NCBI GenBank assembly: GCA_965238005.1
Contig: OZ250165.1
Span: 4,320,001-4,384,000, forward strand
Direction of reading: 5' to 3'
DNA: 64,000 nucleotides
Origin: Longimicrobiales bacterium
GTDB taxonomy: Bacteria > Gemmatimonadota > Gemmatimonadetes > Longimicrobiales > Gaopeijiaceae
In this document: in pieces, positions 28,752-37,967 of the stretch
How positions within the stretch are numbered: position 1 is the stretch's first letter
Layout: each line of letters opens with the position of its first letter
Made by a program: the position numbers and the translations under genes
The notes under the pieces: model-generated
The model's input: only the letters and a program-made list of their open reading frames with translations
Database searches by the model: none
Told to the model about the DNA's origin: nothing

Positions 28752-29923
28752 CGGTCATCGCCCGTGACGAGCCGCCCTCCTTCCACCCAGACGTCTCCGT
28801 CGACCGTCACGGTCGCGTCGGTGAAGAAGTTCCAGCGAACGTAACCGCCCCCGACCGCACCGCCGAGCTCGGAGTTGTCCCCAAGCGAGAGACGCACCAC
28901 GCCGGCGCCGTAGCCGTAGTAGGGGATCCACGGATCACCCTGCTCCGGGATCCCGAGCAGCGGGTTGAAGCCCAGCGCAAATTCCCGGAACGCGCGTCCG
29001 GCGTCTCCGGCCGAGTCCATCTCCGCCACAGCGGCGCCGAGGCCTTGCTCGGCCCGGGCGTCGACGACCCGACCCGACTCGAACGTCAGCACCAGACCTT
29101 CCACGGTGATCCCGCCCCACACCGACGGCGGGAAGGCGATCGTGCCGTTGACCGACTCCTCCAGCGGGGCGACGCGGATGGCGCCCGCCGGGAGCTCGAC
29201 CTCCCGATCGATAAGGTTCAGGGCCCGCTCCGCCCGTGCGGCCGACGCATCCCCGTCCTGCTTGGTCACCGGACGGTCGCCGATGCGGAAGGACATGTCG
29301 GTACCAGCCGGCGTCGTGACACGGACCTCCGAGCCGCGCATCGCCTGCTCGAAGCCGGCCTGCGCGGCGGCGAGCGCCACGTAGTCGGTCTCGTGCAGGA
29401 CGTTCTCGTAGAAGGCGTCGTACTCGGGTGTTTGATCCATGAGCGTGCCGTCGAGCGCGTACGCCCCCGCCCAGTGGAAGTGGACGGTCCGGCCCTGTCC
29501 CTGCCGGAGCAGGTCCTGGAGGCCCGAGTAGACGGGGTGCAGCACGGTCGCCCCCGGCATCATCACCGCCGCGTCCACCTCCCCCAGAAGTTCGACCAGC
29601 GCCTGGTCCGAGGCCTCCGCGAGCCGGGCCGTGAAGTCGGTCGCCCAGGCGTTCGGCGTGTCACCGGCTACCGACCAAGCGCCCAGGTCGGTCGCACCCG
29701 CGGCCAGGACGCCCGCCCGAAACGTCGGCACTATGGCGTTGAATGAGCCGGGCATCGCCACCAGGAGCACACGCTCGCCCGGCTGCAGCGCGAGCCGCTC
29801 GAGCAGGCCCTCGGCGAGAGCGTCGTAGTCGAGCACAATCGGCTCGGTGTCCGGTCCCGGCGGGGGGTTCGGAGACGGCTCGCAGCCTGAGAACAGGAAC
29901 AGGCCCAACGCTGTTTTCGCCAC
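28748..29923 (-). CDS. Aminopeptidase-like (M29-related) lipoprotein
   Basis: VRVTTPAGTDMSF, ELPAG, REFALGFNP, SLGDN; start uncertain. Confidence 0.7.
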   Translation of the reverse strand: MAKTALGLFLFSGCEPSPNPPPGPDTEPIVLDYDALAEGLLERLALQPGERVLLVAMPGSFNAIVPTFRAGVLAAGATDLGAWSVAGDTPNAWATDFTARLAEASDQALVELLGEVDAAVMMPGATVLHPVYSGLQDLLRQGQGRTVHFHWAGAYALDGTLMDQTPEYDAFYENVLHETDYVALAAAQAGFEQAMRGSEVRVTTPAGTDMSFRIGDRPVTKQDGDASAARAERALNLIDREVELPAGAIRVAPLEESVNGTIAFPPSVWGGITVEGLVLTFESGRVVDARAEQGLGAAVAEMDSAGDAGRAFREFALGFNPLLGIPEQGDPWIPYYGYGAGVVRLSLGDNSELGGAVGGGYVRWNFFTDATVTVDGDVWVEGGRLVTGDDR

Positions 29924-29985
29924 CCACAGGATATCCGGTGTCGGATCACCATCGGGTGAGGTCGAGTGGCGCTGGATCGTAGATC

Positions 29986-30528
29986 TCAACGGACTTCGAG
30001 CCCCCGAAGCTCGAGCACGGCCCGGATGATCTTCTGATGGTGGTTGTCGTGGATCACAGCGAACTGTAGCCACTGCGCCGCGTTGAGGTTGCCGAACGCG
30101 AAATGATTTCGTGTGGCGGGCGACGCCTGTAGCTGCGCGAGGGAACCCTCTAGTCCCTCCACCCGCTCTCTGATTCCGTGAAACCTTGCCGCCAGCTCCT
30201 CGGCGCTCGTCCCCTTGGGCAGGTTTCGCTCAGGGGCCTTACCCCGACCTCTGGGAAATGCACCGACGAGCAGGACGATCCGCCCGGCCAGGCTGGGGCG
30301 ACCGCCTGTGTCGAGCTTGGGATCCCCGTCGCGGGCTCGCTCGATCCAACTCACGATTCCCCCATTGGCGATCGAGAGATGCTCCAGGTGGTCCTTCACG
30401 CTCCACTTGGAGACCGCCGGGGCCGACGCCTCGTACAAGGCCGGATCGCATGCCTGCTCGATCTCCAGGTCCAGGCTCGCCAGTAGTGCGGCGTGGGCTC
30501 GGAGGAGCTTCGTCGACGCAACGTCCAT
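29986..30528 (-). CDS. DinB family protein
   Basis: WSVKDHLEHL...HFAFGNLNAAQWLQFAVIHDNHH. Confidence 0.85.
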   Translation of the reverse strand: MDVASTKLLRAHAALLASLDLEIEQACDPALYEASAPAVSKWSVKDHLEHLSIANGGIVSWIERARDGDPKLDTGGRPSLAGRIVLLVGAFPRGRGKAPERNLPKGTSAEELAARFHGIRERVEGLEGSLAQLQASPATRNHFAFGNLNAAQWLQFAVIHDNHHQKIIRAVLELRGLEVR

Positions 30529-30658
30529 TCTCCTGCGTCCTCACATTCATATGCCGTGACACGACCGGCAGAGCCGAGGGAGGTGTAGCCCCTTTTTTAC
30601 TCCAAAATCTGGATCTTTCTCCCCACCCACCCCCGCTCCCCTACCCGAACCAACCGCG

Positions 30659-31018
30659 TTACCGTACCCCCAACGCATTCAAGCCGAGCAGCAGGTGCTG
30701 CAGCACGATGGGCCACCACTGATCGGACACTGGAAAGGCATACGTCCATGCATCGGTCGTCGGTCTTCCATCGCGGTGGTCCTCGAACGCCTCCAGGTAC
30801 CGGTTGGCAAAGATCACATCCAACCGCTCGATCCGGTCGCCGTCGTCGAAAAAGCCGTCGGCGATTCCTTCGCCAACCTTGACCGTGACCTTGCGGTAGA
30901 GCGCGGCGAAATATCCGAGCCGTGAGCTCGCGGCGCGCGACCACTCGACGATCTCCGTCAGCCGCTCCACGACCTCGTCGATCGTGTCGGCGGGCACCCG
31001 TCGTCCCGCCTCGCTCAT
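30659..31018 (-). pseudogene. DUF5995-like protein, 3'-truncated
   Basis: LGYFAALYRKVT...ERLDVIFANRYL...QHLLLGLNA, then an abrupt stop. Confidence 0.6.
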
Positions 31019-32439
31019 CCGATCGGCGCCCGAATCGCGCGGCCGGGCCGAGCGTCCGTGACCTCTCCGTCATCGACGACGATCTCCCCCTCGATGATCA
31101 CGTACGGAATCCCTGCGGCGGGGATCGTAGCGTCCTCGTAGGTCGAGCGGTCGATCACCGTCTCCGGATCGAAGATCGTGATGTCGGCGTCGGCGCCGAC
31201 CCGGATGCGTCCTTTGTTCGCCATCGAGGGAACGCGCGCCTCGAGTCGGCGGGCGGGCATGACCGTCATTTTCCTGAGGGCGTCCATGAGCGTGAGCCCG
31301 CCTTCCTCACGGACGTACCGCCCGAGCACCTTCGAGTACGAGCCCGAGGTCCGCGGGTGGCCCTGCCCATCCACGAGGAAGCCGTCGCTCGCGATCATCG
31401 TGAGGGGGCTGAAGACGGCCGTCCGTGTCATGTCTTCGGTGCGACTATGGATGATCACGGCGCCGCCTTGCCTGCGCGCCCCCGCGAATGTCTCCCGCGT
31501 CGCCCGCTGTCCGGTTGACACGAGCTGGTGGCGCTGGAAGTCCTCGTCGGTCCAGCTCTCCCAGTCGTCGAAGAGTGCGGATGGGATCTCGGTCATGCCC
31601 GCGCCGTACGGGTACGTCTCTGTCGTGACGTCCTGGCCGGCCGACCGCGTCTCCTCGACCATCTCGAGAAAACGGTCGATGTCCCGCCCGGAGGACGAGT
31701 TGATGTGCACAACGTGGAGCGCGGCCCCGGCCCGGCGCGCCGCGGCGAGCGTGGAGTCGAAGCCCGGCACGCCGCTCCGCATGTGAATGTGGATCGGGGC
31801 CCCGATGTCACCCGCAACGCCGAACATGCGCTCGATCTCGTCCATGGTCGCGCCGGGCGTATACGCGGCCCCGAAGCCTACGGCGACCGCGCCCTGAGCC
31901 AAACCCTCTCGAATCCGGCGCTCCATCTCATCGAGCTGCTCGGGCGTCACGCTTCCCGAACCTCCGATCCCAGCGGGCAGAATGCCCTCACTGGGATCGT
32001 CGAGGAGGTCCATTCGGACGCCGATGTGTCCGATGCTCACTCCGTAGTTGACGATCTGCCCTCCCTCAAGCGCGGCATACCACGCGCCCACGTCCGGCGT
32101 GCCGACCTCCAGCTCGAGCGCCGAGGTGACTCCGTCCCTCACCATCAGAGCGTAGGCCTCCTCGAACTGCCCATGTTCGTGCAGATCGATGAAGCCCGGC
32201 GCGACGACCAGCCCGCTCGCGTTGATGGTCTGTGCGCCATCGATCTCCCCGTCGACGATCGCGGCGATGCTTCCGCCCCGGATTCCGATGCTGCGGACGG
32301 CGTCGAGACCCGATTCGGGATCCACGACCCGGCCATTCGCGATGACCAGGTCGAAGTCACCGCCACCCTCCTCTGCGGGAACGCAGCCCAGCAGCGTCCC
32401 GGTGAGCAGGGCGATTCCGATCGCGAGTGTGCGTTTCAT
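31015..32439 (-). CDS. Amidohydrolase (D-aminoacylase/D-glutamate deacylase-like) lipoprotein
   Basis: LLGC lipobox, [32 protein letters not shown]. Confidence 0.9.
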   Translation of the reverse strand: MKRTLAIGIALLTGTLLGCVPAEEGGGDFDLVIANGRVVDPESGLDAVRSIGIRGGSIAAIVDGEIDGAQTINASGLVVAPGFIDLHEHGQFEEAYALMVRDGVTSALELEVGTPDVGAWYAALEGGQIVNYGVSIGHIGVRMDLLDDPSEGILPAGIGGSGSVTPEQLDEMERRIREGLAQGAVAVGFGAAYTPGATMDEIERMFGVAGDIGAPIHIHMRSGVPGFDSTLAAARRAGAALHVVHINSSSGRDIDRFLEMVEETRSAGQDVTTETYPYGAGMTEIPSALFDDWESWTDEDFQRHQLVSTGQRATRETFAGARRQGGAVIIHSRTEDMTRTAVFSPLTMIASDGFLVDGQGHPRTSGSYSKVLGRYVREEGGLTLMDALRKMTVMPARRLEARVPSMANKGRIRVGADADITIFDPETVIDRSTYEDATIPAAGIPYVIIEGEIVVDDGEVTDARPGRAIRAPIG

Positions 32440-32564
32440 CCCTCGGGCCTCCTGTAGATCACGCCATCCTTCATCACGAAGACGGCTCGTCTCAGCGCGT
32501 TGATGTCTCTCAGCGGATCCCCGTCCGCGGCGATGATGTCCGCAATCTTGCCCGCCGCGAGGTC
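32436..32564 (-). pseudogene. Amidohydrolase C-terminal remnant
   Basis: [42 protein letters not shown], stop overlapping the next ATG; similar to the domain ends in 41808-44237. Confidence 0.8.
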
Positions 32565-33022
32565 ACCGGCTGTCCTTAGAGGACGGGGGTCCCGCGACAG
32601 GAATGCGTGCCTCTACGATTCGGCGGAGCGCCTCCGGTAGGTCCACGACGAGTCCGAGGCGGGCACGCAGCTCAACAGGGTCGACGACACCCATTTCGAG
32701 CAGCGCGAGGCAGAACTCGATGTCCTTCTGGCGGTTTGCGATGGCCTTCGAGATCAAGAGATCGTGGAGTTCGAGGCAGAGTGCGACGACGCCGTTGGTG
32801 GAACATGGATGCCTCTCCGATCGAGCCATCGATCAGATCGGCCTGGTGGCCATCCTCGTCTCCGAGCACGGCCACGTCCACCTCGATCGAACGAAGAGCC
32901 TCCTCGGGGAGCGGCTCGTCAAGAGACGCATGAACGGCTTGGCTTCCAATCACGAGCACCTCGTCAACGCCAAGGACCGCGGCGGCGGCTCGGACCGCGT
33001 GCTCGAAGGCATCACGAGTCAC
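32563..33022 (-). pseudogene. DUF6036-like nucleotidyltransferase with internal deletion/frameshift
   Basis: VLVIGSQAV...SIEVDV...DLIDGSIGEASMFH, then a frame change to LCLELHDLLISKAIANRQKD. Confidence 0.75.
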
Positions 33023-33530
33023 TGCGCCTCCTCTTCCTCTCCTCCTCGGCGAAGGCTCGGTACTCCGTTGCACGCTCCTTGGCCGAGAGCACTCCGGCGA
33101 ACGGCGTGACCTGCCGGAGTTCTCGTGCGCGCGCACCGGGATCGGTGAGTACCGGGATCAACTCGGGAATCGACCTCTTCAGAAGTACGCCCCACTCGTC
33201 GAGCAACTGTCGGGCTCCGGGGTTGGCGTGACGCATCTTCTTCAGAGTCTCTCGGGCCCGTTTCAACACCCAGCTGGGCCGCTCTTCCAGCCGCAGCGCG
33301 ATCGACCGATGGAGCGAGATGCTACGGCGATCCTCCCTCGTCAGCGGAGGATGGAACTGCACGCTCATTGCGAGCCCGACTGACTCCGCCAGCCGTCTGA
33401 CGGTGCCGAGCGTGGGGCTCTTTCGCCCCGTTTCGTAGGCTGCGATGGTCGGCTGTGACGTCCCGGCCGCATCCGCCAGCGCGGCCTGGGTTACCCCGAC
33501 TGTCCTCCGTAACGTCCGAATTTCGCTCAT
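33012..33530 (-). CDS. XRE-family HTH protein (putative antitoxin partner of the DUF6036-like gene)
   Basis: GVTQAALADAAGTSQPTIAAYETGRKSPT...RELRQVTPFAGVL. Confidence 0.85.
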   Translation of the reverse strand: MSEIRTLRRTVGVTQAALADAAGTSQPTIAAYETGRKSPTLGTVRRLAESVGLAMSVQFHPPLTREDRRSISLHRSIALRLEERPSWVLKRARETLKKMRHANPGARQLLDEWGVLLKRSIPELIPVLTDPGARARELRQVTPFAGVLSAKERATEYRAFAEEERKRRRSDS

Positions 33531-33584
33531 ACGATATAATATCCGAACGGATATGTTTTCGCAATCCGGTTGCGGGCTCTGCGA

Positions 33585-33608
33585 GGGTTCAGGGGGTCGC
33601 CGGCTCGA
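33585..33608 (+). mobile_element. tRNA-Pro-like fragment / att scar
   Basis: GGGTTCAGGGGGTCGCCGGCTCGA; first 18 bp identical to 18681-18698. Confidence 0.55.
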
Positions 33609-33652
33609 GCCGAGGCACAAGGCGATCTGAACGCGCGGTCCTACCCTTGCGC

Positions 33653-33916
33653 TTATGCCGCCTCTACAGAGGTCGTGTGCTCGCAGCAGTCCACGAACTG
33701 CTCGAGTCGTTCGGGGCTGAACCCGGTTATGAAGTCGTTGCCGTGGGCGATCACGGGAACTCCGACCCCACCGCTCAGAGAGCGCCACTCTCTCAGGGCT
33801 TCAACGTCCTGTGTGATGTCGAGCTCCTCGAACTCACAACCGTGTTCCTTGAGCCAATCCTTGGCATCTCTGCAATAGGGTCACGTAGGGGTGGTGTAAA
33901 CTCTGATCTTGGCCAT
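33653..33916 (-). CDS. Glutaredoxin/NrdH-like selenoprotein (U-P-Y-C), TGA at 33881-33883
   Basis: MAKIRVYTTPT[TGA]PYCRDAKDWLKEHGCEFEELDITQD...GVPVI...ITGFSPERL; RBS GGAGG; SECIS-like hairpin at 33853-33865. Confidence 0.85.
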
Positions 33917-34160
33917 AGGGGCCTCCTGGAGGGTGTGGACGTCGGACTTCTGATACCAAGAGAAGATGCGGCCGAATACAGGTCGTCGCGAGCCTTGTCC
34001 CCCCACTCCCTCCCTCCTACTCTCCAACCCACCGACCCGCCCGGCCGCATGCGCGGCCGACTCCCGCGGATCGCATGATGCCGACTCGAGGGGGCTGTGA
34101 TGCGGCGGTAGCGAGCACCAGTGTACGACAGCTCGGGAACGCCCGAGCAGGAGGAGCGAC

Positions 34161-36371
34161 ATGAGGGCCTGGACGATAGCACAGCTTTTCGGTGCCGGCG
34201 GCCGCTTCGCGCCGGGGGCGGTCGCCGCCTTGATGGCGCTCGCCACCCTGACGACGCTCGCCGCCCTGATCGCCATGACCGCCTGTCAGCCCGGCACCGA
34301 CACACTGAGCATCGACGACGACGACATCGGAGGCGTCGTGACGGGGCCAGGCGGGCCGGAGGCCGCCGTCTGGGTGATCGCGGAGACGACCGACCTTCCG
34401 ACGCGCTTCGCCCGGATCGTGGTGACGGACGACCGGGGTCGTTACTTGATCCCCGACCTTCCCGAGGCGAGCTACGACGTGTGGGTGCGCGGCTACGGCC
34501 TGGTGGATTCGGAGAAGCTTCACGCCTCGCCCGGCAGGGTCCGGAACCTGACCGCGGTGCCGGCACCGGACGCCCGGACGGCGGCGGAGTATTATCCGGC
34601 GGGCTATTGGCTGTCGCTCCTCCACATGCCCGAAGCGGACCAGTTCCCGGGGACCGGAGAGGGGGGGAACGGTATCTCGCCGAACATCCGGAACCAGGCC
34701 CAGCTCCTCAGGCTCGTGAAGTCGGGGAACTGCACCGCCTGCCATCAGCTCGGCACCATCGGCACCCGGCATATCCCCGAGGAACTGGGCGACTTCGAGT
34801 CCTCCGTGGACGCATGGGACCGGCGGATTCAGTCGGGCCAGGCCGGAGCGGGGATGAGCGCCGGTTTCGACCGGATGGGCCGGCAAGTGATGCTGGAGAT
34901 GTTCGCGGACTGGACCGACCGTATCGCCGCGGGCGAAGTGCCGCCGGCACCTCCCCGGCCGCAGGGCGTGGAGCGCAACGTGGTCGTCACGGTGTGGGAC
35001 TGGGCCGATCCGAAGGCGTACCTCCACGACGAGGCCTCCACGGATAGGCGGAATCCCACGGTCAACGCAAACGGGCCCATCTACGGGGCGCTGGAGGCCA
35101 GCGCGGATTACGTGCCCGTTCTGGATCCGGTGAGCCACACGGCGAGCCAGGTCGGTCTGACCGTCCGCGATCCGAGCACGCGGCCAGCCTCGGGTCCGGG
35201 CATGCCTCAACCGTCGCCGTATTGGGGCGACGAGCCCATCTGGATGAGCAAGAACAACGTCCACAACCCGATGTTGGACGAGAGGGGCCGGGTCTGGCTC
35301 ACATCCACCGTGCGCCCCCCGGACAATCCGGAATTCTGCCGGGAGGGGTCGGACCACCCGTCGGCGAAGCTCTTCCCCACTGCTCGCGCTCGGCGCCACC
35401 TTGCGATGTACGATCCGGAGACGGAGGAGCTCACCCACATCAGCACCTGTTTCAGCACGCACCACCTCATGTTCGCCGAGGACGAGGACAACACGCTCTG
35501 GACGAGCGGCGGCGGGCAGGTCGTGGGCTGGCTGAACACGAGGATGTTCGAGGAGACCGGCGACGAGGAGGCCTCGCAGGGCTGGACGGCGCTCGTCCTC
35601 GATACCAACGGCAACGGGACGCGGGACGACTACGTGGAGCCCAACCAGCCGGTCGACCCCACGAAGGACAAGAGAATCGTAGCCGGCTTCTACTCCGTGG
35701 CGCCCGCCCCCGACGGTTCCGTGTGGGCGACGTCACTGGGCTATCCGGGCGCGGTCGTCCGGTTGGATCCGGGCTCGAACCCGCCGGAGACGGCGCTGGC
35801 CGAACTATACGAGCTGCCGCTGGACGCCTCAGGGGCGCCCATTGAGGGGTTTTCACCGCGCGGCGGAGACATCGACCGGAACGGGGTGATGTGGGCGGCG
35901 CTCGCCAGCGGGCACATGGCCAGCTTCGACCGGAGCAAGTGCACGGGACCGCTCAACGGACCGTCAGCCACGGGCCGGCACTGTCCCGAGGGCTGGACCT
36001 TCTGGGAGGAGCCGCTGCCACAGATCCAGGGCGTGACCACCTCGGGAAGCGCCGAGGCGAGCTACTACACGTGGATCGATCAGTTCAACACGCTCGGCCT
36101 CGGCGAGAACGTGCCGATCAACACCGGCAACGCGTCCGAAGGGCTCTTGGCCCTCGTAAACGGGGCTTGGGTGGTTCTGCGGGTCCCCTATCCGCTCGGC
36201 TTCTACACCAAGTGGATGGACGGCCGCATCGACGATCCGGAGGGGGGCTGGAAGGGGAGGGGTCTGTGGGCGACCGTGAGCACGCGGGCGCCGTTCCACA
36301 TGGAAGGCGGCAAGGGCACGCCCAGCAAGGTCATGAAGTTCCAGTTGCGGCCCGACCCGCTGGCCAGGTGA
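34161..36371 (+). CDS. Lipoprotein: carboxypeptidase-regulatory-like domain, CxxCH motif and beta-propeller-like region
   Basis: MTAC lipobox, IVVTDDRGRYLIPDLP, CTACHQLG. Confidence 0.8.
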   Translation: MRAWTIAQLFGAGGRFAPGAVAALMALATLTTLAALIAMTACQPGTDTLSIDDDDIGGVVTGPGGPEAAVWVIAETTDLPTRFARIVVTDDRGRYLIPDLPEASYDVWVRGYGLVDSEKLHASPGRVRNLTAVPAPDARTAAEYYPAGYWLSLLHMPEADQFPGTGEGGNGISPNIRNQAQLLRLVKSGNCTACHQLGTIGTRHIPEELGDFESSVDAWDRRIQSGQAGAGMSAGFDRMGRQVMLEMFADWTDRIAAGEVPPAPPRPQGVERNVVVTVWDWADPKAYLHDEASTDRRNPTVNANGPIYGALEASADYVPVLDPVSHTASQVGLTVRDPSTRPASGPGMPQPSPYWGDEPIWMSKNNVHNPMLDERGRVWLTSTVRPPDNPEFCREGSDHPSAKLFPTARARRHLAMYDPETEELTHISTCFSTHHLMFAEDEDNTLWTSGGGQVVGWLNTRMFEETGDEEASQGWTALVLDTNGNGTRDDYVEPNQPVDPTKDKRIVAGFYSVAPAPDGSVWATSLGYPGAVVRLDPGSNPPETALAELYELPLDASGAPIEGFSPRGGDIDRNGVMWAALASGHMASFDRSKCTGPLNGPSATGRHCPEGWTFWEEPLPQIQGVTTSGSAEASYYTWIDQFNTLGLGENVPINTGNASEGLLALVNGAWVVLRVPYPLGFYTKWMDGRIDDPEGGWKGRGLWATVSTRAPFHMEGGKGTPSKVMKFQLRPDPLAR

Positions 36372-36404
36372 GGCGGGCGCTCGTCCCCCTACGGGGCCTT
36401 TCCA

Positions 36405-37736
36405 TCAGCCACTCGCGACCTCGTAGCCCTGCTGCGCCCACGCCGTGGTTCCGCCATTGATGCTGCGCACATCCTGATAGCCCAAGGAAGCGAGGAACAG
36501 AGCGCCGGACAGAGACCGTACGCCCGAGCCGCAGACCACGAGGATGGGGGCCTCGCGATCCTCGGGCAGCATGTCGACGTACTCGCTCATCTCCTGCAGC
36601 GGCATCAGAAGCCCACCGGGAATACGCACGTTCACGTATTCATCGGGCTCACGTACGTCGACCACCAGAGGACTCACGGTCTCGATGAGCTCGTGGGCGA
36701 GCCCGACCTCGATGGTGAGGCCCGGCGTGCCCCTCGCGTTCTCGACGAGGGCGTCCATCATGTGCTCGCGTGGACTGGGGGCCGCGGTCGAGCCCAGGTG
36801 TGGGAGGTGCTTGGGCACGGACGAGGCGTACTTGAAGGCATTGTCCGGGAACAACACCACGGCGAGCACACCGGGCTCGTCCGGAACCAGGTCGAAGGCA
36901 CCGGCGAGAGCCATGCCGGAGCTCGGACCGGCTATGATGCTCTCCTCACGGTTGAGCCGGAGGCAGAGGTCGAAGGCCGCCTGGTTGGTCACCTCGACCA
37001 GGTCGTCATACTCGTCGGGCCGGAAGAGCTCGGTCTGCTGGAGCTGGCGAAGGCTCCGCACCCCCGGGATGTCGTGTCCCTCTTCCGGGTACACGCCATG
37101 AACCTTGATGGCGGGGCTCTTCTCCTTCAGGAACCGTCCCGTCCCCGTAATCGTCCCGCAGGTGCCCAGGCCGGCCACGAAGTGCGTCACGGCGCCGTCG
37201 GTCTGGAGCCAGATCTCCGGGCCCGTGGTCTTGTAGTGCGCCTCGGGATTGGCTTCGTTCCGATACTGATTGAGCATGTGGAAGTCGGGATCCTCGGCCA
37301 GCTCGTTGGCTTTGGCGATCGCTCCTTCGGGAGCGCCGGGAGCGGGGCAAAGGGTGTCCTCGAGCTCGATGACGTTCGCGCCGAAGAACCGCAGCATCGT
37401 GCGCTTCTCGAGTGGGATTTCCGATGACAGCGGGGTGGTGAGCGAATACCCCCTCGCATTGGACAACATGGCCAGGCCCATCCCGGTGTTCCCTGAGGTG
37501 GGCTCGACCAGCTTCTGCTCCGGGTCCAGAACTCCCCGCTTCTCGGCATCGACGATCATGTTGGCGGCGATGCGATCCTTGACCGCGCCGAACGGGTTGT
37601 ACCACTCGAGCTTTGCGTACACCTGTGCGTGCTCGAACGGAACCACGCGATCGAGCCGCACGAGAGGTGTGGGATTCTCCACGTCGCAGAGCAGGCCGAG
37701 TACCGAGTCGTATACGCGTCGTCGGTGATCTCGCAT
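36405..37736 (-). CDS. Cysteine synthase family PLP enzyme fused to a C-terminal rhodanese domain
   Basis: YAKLEWYNPFGAVKDR, EPTSGNTG, GLGTCGT; VDVREPDEY...VCGSGVRS...GGTTAW; RBS GGAGG before ATG 37736. Confidence 0.9.
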   Translation of the reverse strand: MRDHRRRVYDSVLGLLCDVENPTPLVRLDRVVPFEHAQVYAKLEWYNPFGAVKDRIAANMIVDAEKRGVLDPEQKLVEPTSGNTGMGLAMLSNARGYSLTTPLSSEIPLEKRTMLRFFGANVIELEDTLCPAPGAPEGAIAKANELAEDPDFHMLNQYRNEANPEAHYKTTGPEIWLQTDGAVTHFVAGLGTCGTITGTGRFLKEKSPAIKVHGVYPEEGHDIPGVRSLRQLQQTELFRPDEYDDLVEVTNQAAFDLCLRLNREESIIAGPSSGMALAGAFDLVPDEPGVLAVVLFPDNAFKYASSVPKHLPHLGSTAAPSPREHMMDALVENARGTPGLTIEVGLAHELIETVSPLVVDVREPDEYVNVRIPGGLLMPLQEMSEYVDMLPEDREAPILVVCGSGVRSLSGALFLASLGYQDVRSINGGTTAWAQQGYEVASG

Positions 37737-37967
37737 GAGCCGTCCTCCGTGATGTCGACGATGGGGCCCGCCGGACTCTCGGTTCCCGGATTCGCGCCCC
37801 TCCCTGCATAGTGCTCCGGAAGCCCTCCGGAGTTCCCGCCGCTCTCGGCGCTCTCCGCGAAATCGGAACAGTAGTTCGCCACACACTTCCGAGGGTGACC
37901 TGCAGCATCTTGCTCCCGCCGGGCTCCACGGCGCATGTTTCCGCCGCCCAATTGCCGAAGGGAGACC

